From an uncultured Gemmatimonadales bacterium (GTDB taxonomy: Bacteria > Gemmatimonadota > Gemmatimonadetes > Longimicrobiales > Gaopeijiaceae): 54,146 nt of DNA. The notes beneath the pieces were generated by a model that worked only from the letters and a program-made list of their open reading frames with translations, was not told the DNA's origin and ran no database searches. Positions 44,143 through 52,897 of this stretch are shown in pieces. Positions within the stretch are counted from its first letter, which is position 1. Each line of letters begins with the position of its first letter. Location: contig CALJKZ010000121.1 of NCBI GenBank assembly GCA_937983085.1, positions 1 through 54,146 of the forward strand. Direction: 5' to 3'. The position numbers and the translations under genes are program-made.

Positions 44143-45030
44143 TCAACCGGAGGCGGCCTTCTTGCCTGAAGACTTCTTTTTTCCTGACGACTTCTTGGCA
44201 CCGGATGTCTTCTTTCCAGCCCGCTCGGCGGGCTTGCGGGTACCTTCGGAAGCGCCGTCCCCTTCCTCGATGGAGGCTTTCAGGGCGGCCATGAGATCGA
44301 TGATCTTGCCCTTCGACTCCTCGGCGGGGGCGGCGGTGATCTCCTCCCCGTCGATCTTCTTTTGGATGAGCTCCATGGTCGCCTCACGGACCTCGTCCGT
44401 GAAGGCGGTGGGGTCGAAGGCCTCGGCGGTGGCCTGATCGATGAGCTGGAGGGCCAGCTTGAGCTCGGCCTCGTTCACCTCGCCGTCTTCCCGCGGCACC
44501 TCGTCGAAGGAGCGGATCTCTTCGTCGTAGTACAGCTGCTCCATGAGGAGGCCGTCTTCGTGGGGACGGATCATCACCACGTACTGCTTGCCCCGGGTGG
44601 CGTGCTTGGCGATGGCCACGCGGTCCGTCTCCTGAAGGGCCGCGGAGAGGAGACGGTAGGCCCGGGCGCCGCCTTTGTCGGGGCCCAGGTAGTACGCCTT
44701 GTTGAAGTAGAGCCGCGGCACCGTGTCGGCGGGCACGAAGCTGACGATCTCGATCTCGTCGGACTTGGGCGCCTGCACCACCTCGAGCTCTTCCTTGTCG
44801 AAGAGCACGTACTGATCTTTGGCGAACTCGTACCCCTTCACGATCTCGTCCTTGGGGACGACGGTGCCGTCGGTAGGGTCGATGTACTGCTGCCGAACCC
44901 GGACCCCCCGCTCCTTCCAGATCATGTTGAAGGATATCTTCCGGGACGACTCGCCCGTGGAGTAGATCTTCACGGGGAGAGATACGAGCCCGAAGGCAAT
45001 GGTCGAGGTTCCGATCGCGCGAGCAGCCAT
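44143..45030 (-). CDS. ku: Ku DNA end-binding protein (bacterial NHEJ)
   Basis: GTSTIAFGLVSLPVKIYS, VKGYEF, YYLGPDKGG..AYRLL and a Lys-rich C-terminal tail KKTSGAKKSSGKKKSSGKK are present. Confidence 0.95.
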   Translation of the reverse strand: MAARAIGTSTIAFGLVSLPVKIYSTGESSRKISFNMIWKERGVRVRQQYIDPTDGTVVPKDEIVKGYEFAKDQYVLFDKEELEVVQAPKSDEIEIVSFVPADTVPRLYFNKAYYLGPDKGGARAYRLLSAALQETDRVAIAKHATRGKQYVVMIRPHEDGLLMEQLYYDEEIRSFDEVPREDGEVNEAELKLALQLIDQATAEAFDPTAFTDEVREATMELIQKKIDGEEITAAPAEESKGKIIDLMAALKASIEEGDGASEGTRKPAERAGKKTSGAKKSSGKKKSSGKKAASG

Positions 45031-45153
45031 GGTGCGAAAACATACGTTTCAGCCGACGCGGTGTGCAACGATGCCGTCCGGCTATGCCGGCGCCTCTAAG
45101 CCGACGTCACGATTGAACTTGCCATCCCGTCACGGCCCGTTCATCATCGCGCG

Positions 45154-46209
45154 ATGATTTTCGCCCTCCTCCTCGGCGGGACCCTCGTCGGGACCGCCCT
45201 CCTGTGGTTCGCGTGCTCCCGTCTCGAGGAGTCGACGCACCGCCTCGCCGAGCACTACGGGATCCCCGACGCGGTGAAGGGCTCCATCCTTCTCGCCGTG
45301 GCGTCCAGCATGCCCGAGTTGGTCACCGCGCTTCTGGCGTTCCCGGTACACGGCGACTTCGAGTTGGGCCTCTCGGCCATCATCGGATCGGCCATCTTCA
45401 ACATCCTCGTCATCCCGGCCTTCTCGGTGTACGCCCGAGGGCGGCCGCTGGAGGCGAATCGGGACCTGGTGTACCGGGAGGGCCAGTTCTACCTGGTCTC
45501 CGTCACCGTGCTCATGCTCGTCCTGAGCCTGTCGGTGATCTACGCGGGCAACGGCAGCCTGAACCCGGTGGCCGAGGTGGGCGACCGACAGATCTTCCGC
45601 GGCGAGTTCGACCGCAAGCTGGCCCTCTTTCCGCTTCTCCTCTACGGGCTCTACGTCTACATCCAGTTCGAGGAAGTGAAGCGGCAGCGGGCCGACCACC
45701 CCCGTAAGGAGGGCATCAACGCCATGCGGGAGTGGGGCATGCTCGCGGGGACCATCGGCCTCATCCTCGTGGGCGTGGAGATGCTCCTCCGTGTGGCCAT
45801 CACCCTGGGGGACCTGCTCCAGACGCCCACCTTCCTCTGGGGGATGACCATCGTGGCCGCGGCGACGTCCCTGCCCGACACCTTCGTGTCGGTGCGCGCC
45901 TCCGTCCTGGGACGGACCGAATCGAGCGTCTCCAACGTCCTCGGGAGCAACGTCTTCGACCTCCTGGTAGCGGTGCCCGCCGGCGTCATGATCACGGGCG
46001 CCATCATCATCAACTTCACCCAGATCGTCCCCATGATGGTCTTCCTGGTGGTGGCGACCATCGTGATGCTCATCTTCATGCTCCGTGACATGCGGCTGTC
46101 ACGACGTGAGGCACACGTGATGATGGCCCTGTACGTGCTGTTCGGGATCTGGATGACCCTCGAGGCCTTCGGGGTCATGGACCTCCTCGGCGTTCGCGCG
46201 TCGATCTGA
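45154..46209 (+). CDS. Ca2+/cation antiporter (CaCA family, YrbG-like)
   Basis: Two alpha-repeats are present: GSILLAVASSMPELVTAL and GMTIVAAATSLPDTFVSV. About 10 TM segments. Confidence 0.88.
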   Translation: MIFALLLGGTLVGTALLWFACSRLEESTHRLAEHYGIPDAVKGSILLAVASSMPELVTALLAFPVHGDFELGLSAIIGSAIFNILVIPAFSVYARGRPLEANRDLVYREGQFYLVSVTVLMLVLSLSVIYAGNGSLNPVAEVGDRQIFRGEFDRKLALFPLLLYGLYVYIQFEEVKRQRADHPRKEGINAMREWGMLAGTIGLILVGVEMLLRVAITLGDLLQTPTFLWGMTIVAAATSLPDTFVSVRASVLGRTESSVSNVLGSNVFDLLVAVPAGVMITGAIIINFTQIVPMMVFLVVATIVMLIFMLRDMRLSRREAHVMMALYVLFGIWMTLEAFGVMDLLGVRASI

Positions 46210-46226
46210 CGCCGCCCCGGCGCCTT

Positions 46227-47069
46227 TTACGGTGAGGGCAACGCCTCACCACAGAACCGGCAGTACCGGGCGTCCGAATCCGTCTCCACCTTGCCGCACG
46301 CGGTGCACGTGCGCGTCAACTCGGGGGCCACGTTGGGGGGAATGCGTGACAGCTCGGCGGTGACGATGCCGGTGGGGACGGCGATGATTCCGTACCCGAG
46401 GATCATTACGAAGGCGGCCAGGGCCTGCCCGAAGGACGTGGTGGGCGCGATGTCCCCGTAGCCCACGGTGGTGAGCGTGACGATGGCCCAGTAGACCCCG
46501 CGGGGAATGCTGGTGAAGCCCGACTGGGGCCCCTCCACCACGAACATGACGGAGCCGACCACCACGACCACGCAGATCACCGTGACGAGGAAGACCGAGA
46601 TCTTGTAGCGGGCATTCCGGAGGGCGGTGGCCAGGACGTTCGCCTCGCCGAGGAAGCGCACGAGCTTGAAGACCCGGAACACGCGCAGGATGCGCAGAAT
46701 CCGGACGACGACGAGGAACTGTCCTCCGGGCAGGAGGAAGCTCACGTAGGTGGGAATCACCGACAGCAGGTCGATGATGCCGAAGAATGAGCGCACGTAC
46801 GCCAGCTTTCGCTTCACGCACCAGATACGGAGACCGTACTCGATGGTGAAGAGAACGGTGAATCCCCACTCGATGGCCAGGAGCAGGTCCCCGTGCTGCG
46901 CCCGGATCCCGGCGACGGAGTCGAGCATGAGGGCCAGGACGCTCCCGAGGATTGCCACCATGAGTACGGCGTCGAAGACCTGAGGGGCGCCTTCTTCGTG
47001 GCCGAAGATGATCTGGTAGGTTCGGCCTTGGAGGGAGTCCGGTGATCCCGCGGAACCGAAGGGGGCCAT
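46227..47069 (-). CDS. Voltage-gated K+ channel (6-TM) with C-terminal zinc ribbon
   Basis: An internal ATG at 47069. S4 has Arg/Lys at every third position (RILRILRVFRVFKLVRF). Selectivity filter TTVGYGD. The C-terminus has CTACG...YCRFCGEAL. Confidence 0.88.
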   Translation of the reverse strand: MAPFGSAGSPDSLQGRTYQIIFGHEEGAPQVFDAVLMVAILGSVLALMLDSVAGIRAQHGDLLLAIEWGFTVLFTIEYGLRIWCVKRKLAYVRSFFGIIDLLSVIPTYVSFLLPGGQFLVVVRILRILRVFRVFKLVRFLGEANVLATALRNARYKISVFLVTVICVVVVVGSVMFVVEGPQSGFTSIPRGVYWAIVTLTTVGYGDIAPTTSFGQALAAFVMILGYGIIAVPTGIVTAELSRIPPNVAPELTRTCTACGKVETDSDARYCRFCGEALPSP

Positions 47070-47191
47070 GGCTGGTGAGGCAGGGGTGGAAGGGTCGTGG
47101 CGAGGCGCGACTCGCGCAGGAACGCGCAGGAAAAAGTAGCGGGATGGGCGATGCAGTCGCTCGCGGTGTCGCACACGATACCTTGCAGGCC

Positions 47192-48178
47192 ATGACCGAA
47201 CGATGCGCCAGCTGCGACGCCGAGCTTCAGGGGCGGTACTGCTCGGAATGTGGCGAGCGGGCGCTGGGACCCGACGAGTTCTCGATACGCCGCCTCGTGG
47301 CCGAGGCTCTCCGCGACGCGGCGGCGCTCGACTCCAAGCTGTGGCGCTCGCTGCGGCTCCTGGTCACGCAACCCGGCGAGTTGACCCGTCGGTACATGTC
47401 GGGTCGCCGGGTGGGCCTGGTGGGCCCGGTCCAACTCTTCCTCACCTGCAACCTGATCTACTTCGTCGTGCAGCCGTACACGGCGTACAGCGGGTACAAT
47501 ACGCCCCTGTCGTCCCACATGGACCGGCAGGTCTACAGCCAGGCCGCGAACGTGCGGGAGCGGGTGAACTCGGACATTCTCTCCCGCGTCGACGAGCGAG
47601 TGGCGGCGGTGCTGAACGAGGCGCGGGCCGAGGGCCGGGACCCGTCCGTCTCCGACTCCCTCATGGCGAGAGAGACGGCCCTGGCCGTGGAGTCCGAGGT
47701 CTATCCCGCCCGGTTCAATGCCAGGGGCGAGGTCTTCGCGCGGGCGATGGTGGGGCTCATCATCCCTCTCATGGTGGTCTTCCTCGCCCTGGTCTATCTG
47801 GGACGTGGGGTCCCGCTGGTGCAGCACGTGGTCTTCGCCACGCACCTCCATGCCTGGAATCTGCTCTTCATCGGCTCGTTCGTGCTTTTCTTCTGGAGTC
47901 CCCTACTGCGGGCCATTGCCGCTCTGGTCGGACTCGCAGTCGGCATGAGTCTCTCCGAGGTCCTGAGGCATCCTCTCGGGAGCTACCTCTACGAGGCCTT
48001 CTCCGAACTGGGCTCGGTGGCGTTCATCGCAGTGTACCTGTTCTTCGCCCTCCAGCGGGCCTACGGGGGCCATCGCGTGGCCACGCTGGCGCGCGCCATC
48101 GGCCTGACGGTCTTCAGCGTCCTGGCCACCATCGCCTATCGCTTCATCCTCTTCTGGCCCACCTGGTGGGCGATGTGA
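47192..48178 (+). CDS. DUF3667-like membrane protein with N-terminal zinc ribbon
   Basis: MTERCASCDAELQGRYCSECGERAL is followed by several TM helices. Start chosen at ATG 47192 on third-position G/C. ATG 47144 is the alternative. Confidence 0.7.
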   Translation: MTERCASCDAELQGRYCSECGERALGPDEFSIRRLVAEALRDAAALDSKLWRSLRLLVTQPGELTRRYMSGRRVGLVGPVQLFLTCNLIYFVVQPYTAYSGYNTPLSSHMDRQVYSQAANVRERVNSDILSRVDERVAAVLNEARAEGRDPSVSDSLMARETALAVESEVYPARFNARGEVFARAMVGLIIPLMVVFLALVYLGRGVPLVQHVVFATHLHAWNLLFIGSFVLFFWSPLLRAIAALVGLAVGMSLSEVLRHPLGSYLYEAFSELGSVAFIAVYLFFALQRAYGGHRVATLARAIGLTVFSVLATIAYRFILFWPTWWAM

Positions 48179-48182
48179 CGGC

Positions 48183-50699
48183 ATGACACCCACCCGCGAC
48201 GAACGCCTCGCCACCTATCGTGAAAAACGAAAGGCGTCCCGGACGCCCGAGCCGTTCGGGGGTCGGGTTCTGGCGGGTGGGAGCATCTTCGTGGTCCAGA
48301 AGCACGCGGCCCGGAACCTCCACTGGGATCTCCGGCTCGAGCTCGACGGAGTGCTCCTGTCGTGGGCCATCCCCAAGGGGCCGTCACCGAACCAGGACGA
48401 CAAGCGCCTCGCCATGCAGACCGAGGATCACCCGCTCGAGTACGCGGAGTTCGAGGGGGTCATCCCCGAAGGCGAGTACGGGGCCGGTCCGATGATCGTG
48501 TGGGACCGGGGAGTCTGGATCCCCATCGAGGATCCCGTGGAGGGTCTGGAGAAGGGCAAGCTCCTCTTCGAGCTCCGGGGCCACAAGCTCATGGGGAAGT
48601 GGACGCTGGTGAAGACCCGCCAGGCGCCCAACTCGTGGCTCTTCATCAAGGAGCGCGACGCCTACCTGGACCCCGACGCCACCACCGAGGACTACCCCGA
48701 CGATTCCATATACTCGGGGCTCACCGTCGACGAGTTTCCTCACGCCGACGAGTACGCCGAAGCGCTGGCCGAGCGAATCGGCGAATCCGGTGCCCGGGAG
48801 GCGACGGTACGAGCCCGGGACGTGGACCTCATGCTCGCCACCTCACAGGAGCGGCCCTTTTCCCGGGACGGATGGATCTTCGAGATCAAGTACGACGGAT
48901 ACCGGCTCCTCGCCGAGCGGAGCGGTCGCGAGGCCTTCCTGAGGTCCCGGAAGGGTCACGATCTGACGGCCACCTTTCCGGAGATCGCCCGAGCCGTGAG
49001 GGGCCTTCCGTACGAGGGCCTGGTGCTCGACGGGGAGGTGGTGGTCAACGACGCCGAGGGCAAGCCGTCGTTCTCCCGCCTCCAGCGCCGCGGCCGCATC
49101 CTCAACAAGACCGATGCCCTCCGTGCCAGCTTCGAGCTCCCGGCCCTCTTCTACGTCTTCGACATCCTCGCCGTGGAGGGCTACGACCTCCGTGGCCTTC
49201 CCCTCCTGGAGCGGAAGGCCGTCCTCCAGGAGGTCCTCCCCTCGGTGGGGCCCATCCGCTTCGTGGACCACATCCCGGAGCAGGGCGAGCTCATGTACGA
49301 GCATGTCGAGCGGCTGCGCCTGGAAGGGATCGTCGGCAAGCGCGCCGACGCCACGTATCGGGGAGGCCGCTCGAAGAGTTGGATCAAGGTGCGCACCATC
49401 CGCACCGGCGACTTCGTCGTGGTGGGGTGGACCGACGCGAAGGGCGCCCGGGGTGGCCTCGGGTCCATTCACGTGGGCCAGTACGACGGGGACGATCTGG
49501 TGTACCTGGGGAGCGTGGGGAGCGGCTTCACCGATGCCCAGCTCGATGACACCCTCGGCGTCCTCCAGGAGCGGGAGATCGAGGAGTCGCCGTGCACCCG
49601 GGGGACCCTTCCCTCGGGGAAGGGGCACCACTGGGCGACGCCGGGGCTCGTGGCGGAGGTGAAGTACAAGGAGGTCACCGATCAGGGGATGCTTCGACAG
49701 CCCTCCCTTTCCCGGCTTCGTGACGACCTCTTGCCCGAGGACTGCGTCCTCACCGCCTTGCCCCCGGCGGGCGAAGACTCCGAGCCCGAGCCGGTGGAGA
49801 TCGTCGAGGAGAAGACCGTTGCCTTCTCGAATCTCAACAAGGTGTTCTGGCCCGAGGAAGGCTACACGAAGGGCGACCTCATCGAGTACCACCGCAGCAT
49901 CGCCCCGTGGATGCTCCCCTATCTGCAGGACCGCCCCCTGGTGATGACGCGGTACCCCGACGGCATCCACGGGAAGTCGTTCTTCCAGAAGGACGCACCT
50001 CCCTACGCTCCCGATTGGTTCCGCACGGTGACCGTCTGGAGCGAGGGGTCGGAGCGCGAACTCTCCTACTTCGTCGCCGAGGACGTCGAGTCGCTGCTGT
50101 ACGTGGCCAATCTGGGCACCATCCCCCTCCACGTGTGGTCGAGCCGCATCGAAACGCTGGCGGCCCCCGACTGGTGCATCCTCGACCTCGACCCCAAGGA
50201 GGCGCCCTTCACCGACGTGGTGGACGTCGCCCTGGCCATACGGGAGTTGTGTGAAGAGATCGAGCTTCCCTGCTACGCCAAGACCAGCGGCTCGTCGGGG
50301 ATCCACGTGCTCATTCCGCTGGGGCGCAAACTCACCTACGAGCAGTCACGCTCCCTGGGCCAGCTCCTGGGCCAGGTGGTGGTGAGCCAGCGGCCCGACA
50401 TCGCCACCCTCACCCGGAATCCCGAGCGGCGGGACGGGAAGGTCTACGTGGACTTCGTCCAGAACGGCCACGGTCGACTACTGGTCGCTCCCTTCTGCGT
50501 GCGACCGAAGGAGAAGGCCCCGGTCTCGGCTCCCCTCCTTTGGGACGAGGTCACCCACGACCTGCGCATCGAGGACCACACCATCGTCACCATGCCCGAG
50601 CGCATGGAACGGCTGGGCGCCGATCCCCTGCGGCCGGTCCTGGACGAGGAGCCCGACCTCCTGGGAGCACTCGGCCGACTGCAGGAGTGGTTCGACTAG
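48183..50699 (+). CDS. ligD: Multidomain DNA ligase D (phosphoesterase - ATP-dependent ligase - polymerase/primase)
   Basis: PE domain: FVVQKHAARNLHWDLRLE...WAIPKGPS. Ligase motif I: FEIKYDGYR. Pol domain: VFWPEEGYTKGDLIEYH, ILDLDP, SGSSGIHV. The start is 4 nt after the DUF3667-like gene stop. Confidence 0.95.
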   Translation: MTPTRDERLATYREKRKASRTPEPFGGRVLAGGSIFVVQKHAARNLHWDLRLELDGVLLSWAIPKGPSPNQDDKRLAMQTEDHPLEYAEFEGVIPEGEYGAGPMIVWDRGVWIPIEDPVEGLEKGKLLFELRGHKLMGKWTLVKTRQAPNSWLFIKERDAYLDPDATTEDYPDDSIYSGLTVDEFPHADEYAEALAERIGESGAREATVRARDVDLMLATSQERPFSRDGWIFEIKYDGYRLLAERSGREAFLRSRKGHDLTATFPEIARAVRGLPYEGLVLDGEVVVNDAEGKPSFSRLQRRGRILNKTDALRASFELPALFYVFDILAVEGYDLRGLPLLERKAVLQEVLPSVGPIRFVDHIPEQGELMYEHVERLRLEGIVGKRADATYRGGRSKSWIKVRTIRTGDFVVVGWTDAKGARGGLGSIHVGQYDGDDLVYLGSVGSGFTDAQLDDTLGVLQEREIEESPCTRGTLPSGKGHHWATPGLVAEVKYKEVTDQGMLRQPSLSRLRDDLLPEDCVLTALPPAGEDSEPEPVEIVEEKTVAFSNLNKVFWPEEGYTKGDLIEYHRSIAPWMLPYLQDRPLVMTRYPDGIHGKSFFQKDAPPYAPDWFRTVTVWSEGSERELSYFVAEDVESLLYVANLGTIPLHVWSSRIETLAAPDWCILDLDPKEAPFTDVVDVALAIRELCEEIELPCYAKTSGSSGIHVLIPLGRKLTYEQSRSLGQLLGQVVVSQRPDIATLTRNPERRDGKVYVDFVQNGHGRLLVAPFCVRPKEKAPVSAPLLWDEVTHDLRIEDHTIVTMPERMERLGADPLRPVLDEEPDLLGALGRLQEWFD

Positions 50700-50741
50700 A
50701 CGACGATGCGTCGAAGGCGGAGGGGCCGACCTCCGCCGAAG

Positions 50742-51830
50742 TCAGGCCAGCAGACCGGGAGCACCGCCGGTGTGGAGGAAGACGACGCGCGTGCTATCGG
50801 GCACCCCCTCGGACTCGAGGTGGGCCACGAGTCCGGCGGCGGCCTTCGCCGTGTACGTGGGATCCAGCACCACGCCCTCGGAGCGTGCGAACCGCTCCAG
50901 CGCTCTCGTGGAGGCTCGGGTAGGAACTCCGTAGCCGTCTCCTACCTGTCCGTCGTCGACGTGGAGGTCGATGGCGTCGAGGTCGATGGCTGTGAGGGCG
51001 ACGTCCTCGGGGACGGGCCCGGCGCCGGAGCCCCTGTCGCGGGGTCGGCCGGACCCGAGCAGGTCGAGGCCCTCGGCGGCCAGGGAGAGCGCGGTGTCCC
51101 GAAGCTCGTCGGCGGGGGCATCGGCGCTCACGGCGACGAGGTGCACGTCGTCGCGGCCGAGGAGGGCAAGACCGAGAACCAGGCCGGCCAGCGTTCCTCC
51201 CGACGAACTGGAGAGGAACAGGGTGGTCTTCGGGCATCCGTCGGCGAGCTCGTCGAGCTGTCGGGTCAGCTCGCACGCAGCCCGGGCATACCCGAGGCAT
51301 CCGAGCCCGGTGGACGCTCCGATTGGAACGACGAGAGGCTGGCCTCCGGTGGCGCGGATCCGTGCCGCAGCCGTTTCCATGCCTGGCGCTCGCTGGTCCC
51401 GCTCCTCCACGGTGACGATCTCGGCGCCGAACAGACGATGGAGGAGTGCGTTGCCGGTGGGCACGTCGGGCTCGGGCGCCTGGGTCACCAGCACGCAGCC
51501 CAGACCGAGGCGAGCCGCCGCCGCGGCGGTGACACGACAATGGTTCGATTGTGGACCGCCGGCCGTGATGAGGTGAGTGACGCCGTCCAGACGGTGGGGG
51601 GCCAGCTCGTACTCGAGCTTTCTGACCTTGTTGCCCCCGAGCGCGAAGCCGGTCTCGGCGTCCATCTTCAGGTACATGTGCTCGACACCGAGATCTGCTC
51701 CCAGACGGGGCGCAGGCCGGAGCGGGGTGGGAAGAGAGGCCAGCTCCAGACGAGGCCACTCCAGGAGCCGTGCGACGGCCGGGTGGTGGGCTCCCGCAGC
51801 CTGGGACGATCGCGCGCGCGAGAGGGTCAT
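50742..51830 (-). CDS. PLP-dependent D-cysteine desulfhydrase / ACC deaminase family enzyme
   Basis: An internal ATG at 51830 in ORF 50742..52916. PLP-lysine motif LGGNKVRKLEYEL, and GGPQSNHCR. The start overlaps the deacetylase stop as ATGA. Confidence 0.85.
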   Translation of the reverse strand: MTLSRARSSQAAGAHHPAVARLLEWPRLELASLPTPLRPAPRLGADLGVEHMYLKMDAETGFALGGNKVRKLEYELAPHRLDGVTHLITAGGPQSNHCRVTAAAAARLGLGCVLVTQAPEPDVPTGNALLHRLFGAEIVTVEERDQRAPGMETAAARIRATGGQPLVVPIGASTGLGCLGYARAACELTRQLDELADGCPKTTLFLSSSSGGTLAGLVLGLALLGRDDVHLVAVSADAPADELRDTALSLAAEGLDLLGSGRPRDRGSGAGPVPEDVALTAIDLDAIDLHVDDGQVGDGYGVPTRASTRALERFARSEGVVLDPTYTAKAAAGLVAHLESEGVPDSTRVVFLHTGGAPGLLA

Positions 51831-52738
51831 GACGGCACGCGGTGGCGTTCGGGACGTCGGGATGAAGCCGCCACGCGAATGGTCGCCGCGTGGATGTCCA
51901 CGGTATCGCTCACCGTCTGGCCATACCCACCACCCATCACTACGGCCACCGGGACCCCCGCGGCGGCGCATTCGTCGAACACCCGCGCGTCCCGTTCGAG
52001 AAGCCCCGCTTTGGTCACCGAGAGTCTCCCCAGCCGATCGTCCTCGAAGGGGTCGGCTCCGGCCACGTAGAAGACGATCTCGGGTCCCTGCGCCAGCGAT
52101 CGTTCGAGTCCGAGCTCGACGGCTTCGAGGAACTCGTCGTCGTCCGCGCCGTCGGCGAGACCGAGGTCGAGATCGCTCGCCTCCTTCCGGAAGGGGTAGT
52201 TGTCGGCCCCGTGGACCGAGAGCGTGAAAACGCGGTCGTCGCCGTGGAAGACGGCAGCCGTCCCGTTTCCCTGATGGACGTCCAGGTCCACCACCGCAGC
52301 GCGCCTCACCGACCCTTCCGCCTGGAGATCGCGGATGGCCACGGCGACGTCGTTGAAGACACAGAAGCCCTCCCCTCGATGGGCAAAGGCGTGATGCGTG
52401 CCTCCGGCCAGGTTTGCGGACGTGCCGTCGTCGAGCGCCGCCCGGCCGGCGGCGAGTGTGCCCCCCACCGACCTCCGTGAGCGCTCCACCAGCTCCGGCG
52501 ACCAGGGGAACCCGATGGCCCGGACGGCGTCGCGCTCCAAGCGACCTTCGAGGACGCCCTCCAGGTACTCGGTCGTGTGGACGCGGGCCAGGGCAGTCAG
52601 GGGAGCGGCCTCGGGCACTTCCAAGGTGACATCGGCGTATGTCGTAACGCGTTCCCTCAGGAGACGGTACTTCTCCATGGGAAAACGGTGGCCTTCGGGG
52701 AGCGGTAGGACGAACTCGTCGCAGTAGAAGGCGCGCAT
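51827..52738 (-). CDS. Histone deacetylase-family (HDAC/AcuC-like) amidohydrolase
   Basis: An internal ATG at 52738 gives MRAFYCDEFVLPLPEGHRFPMEKY. Also GGTHHAF, VVDLDVHQGNG and a C-terminal GGGY. The longer ORF-track N-terminus (to 53803) is antisense to the receptor gene. Confidence 0.85.
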   Translation of the reverse strand: MRAFYCDEFVLPLPEGHRFPMEKYRLLRERVTTYADVTLEVPEAAPLTALARVHTTEYLEGVLEGRLERDAVRAIGFPWSPELVERSRRSVGGTLAAGRAALDDGTSANLAGGTHHAFAHRGEGFCVFNDVAVAIRDLQAEGSVRRAAVVDLDVHQGNGTAAVFHGDDRVFTLSVHGADNYPFRKEASDLDLGLADGADDDEFLEAVELGLERSLAQGPEIVFYVAGADPFEDDRLGRLSVTKAGLLERDARVFDECAAAGVPVAVVMGGGYGQTVSDTVDIHAATIRVAASSRRPERHRVPS

Positions 52739-52821
52739 GAAAGCGGGGAAGGGTGAGCTGTCGACGGGCCGGACACGGTCCGGGACCCGACCTCCACCGA
52801 GAAGATACTCCAGAAGCCGGG

Positions 52822-52850
52822 GGATGCCGAAGCCGTCGCTGTCGGCATCC
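52822..52850. other. 9-bp-stem hairpin / inverted repeat in the HDAC / TonB-receptor divergent region
   Basis: GGATGCCGA (52822-52830) and TCGGCATCC (52842-52850) are perfect complements with an 11-nt spacer. Confidence 0.45.
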
Positions 52851-52897
52851 GGGTACATACAGTGGTTCGGACCAGCCATCGAATACGCAGGAAACGG

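Noticed and set aside
45035-45050. CGAAAACATACGTTTC just upstream of ku, which superficially resembles a GAAC-N4-GTTC (Cheo/LexA-type) SOS box.
   Set aside because: Only 4-bp arms actually pair (GAAA-N7-TTTC, or AAAC-N4-GTTT). It lies 5-20 bp from the ATG, where an operator is atypical. I have no knowledge of the LexA motif for this lineage. It is a chance-level match.
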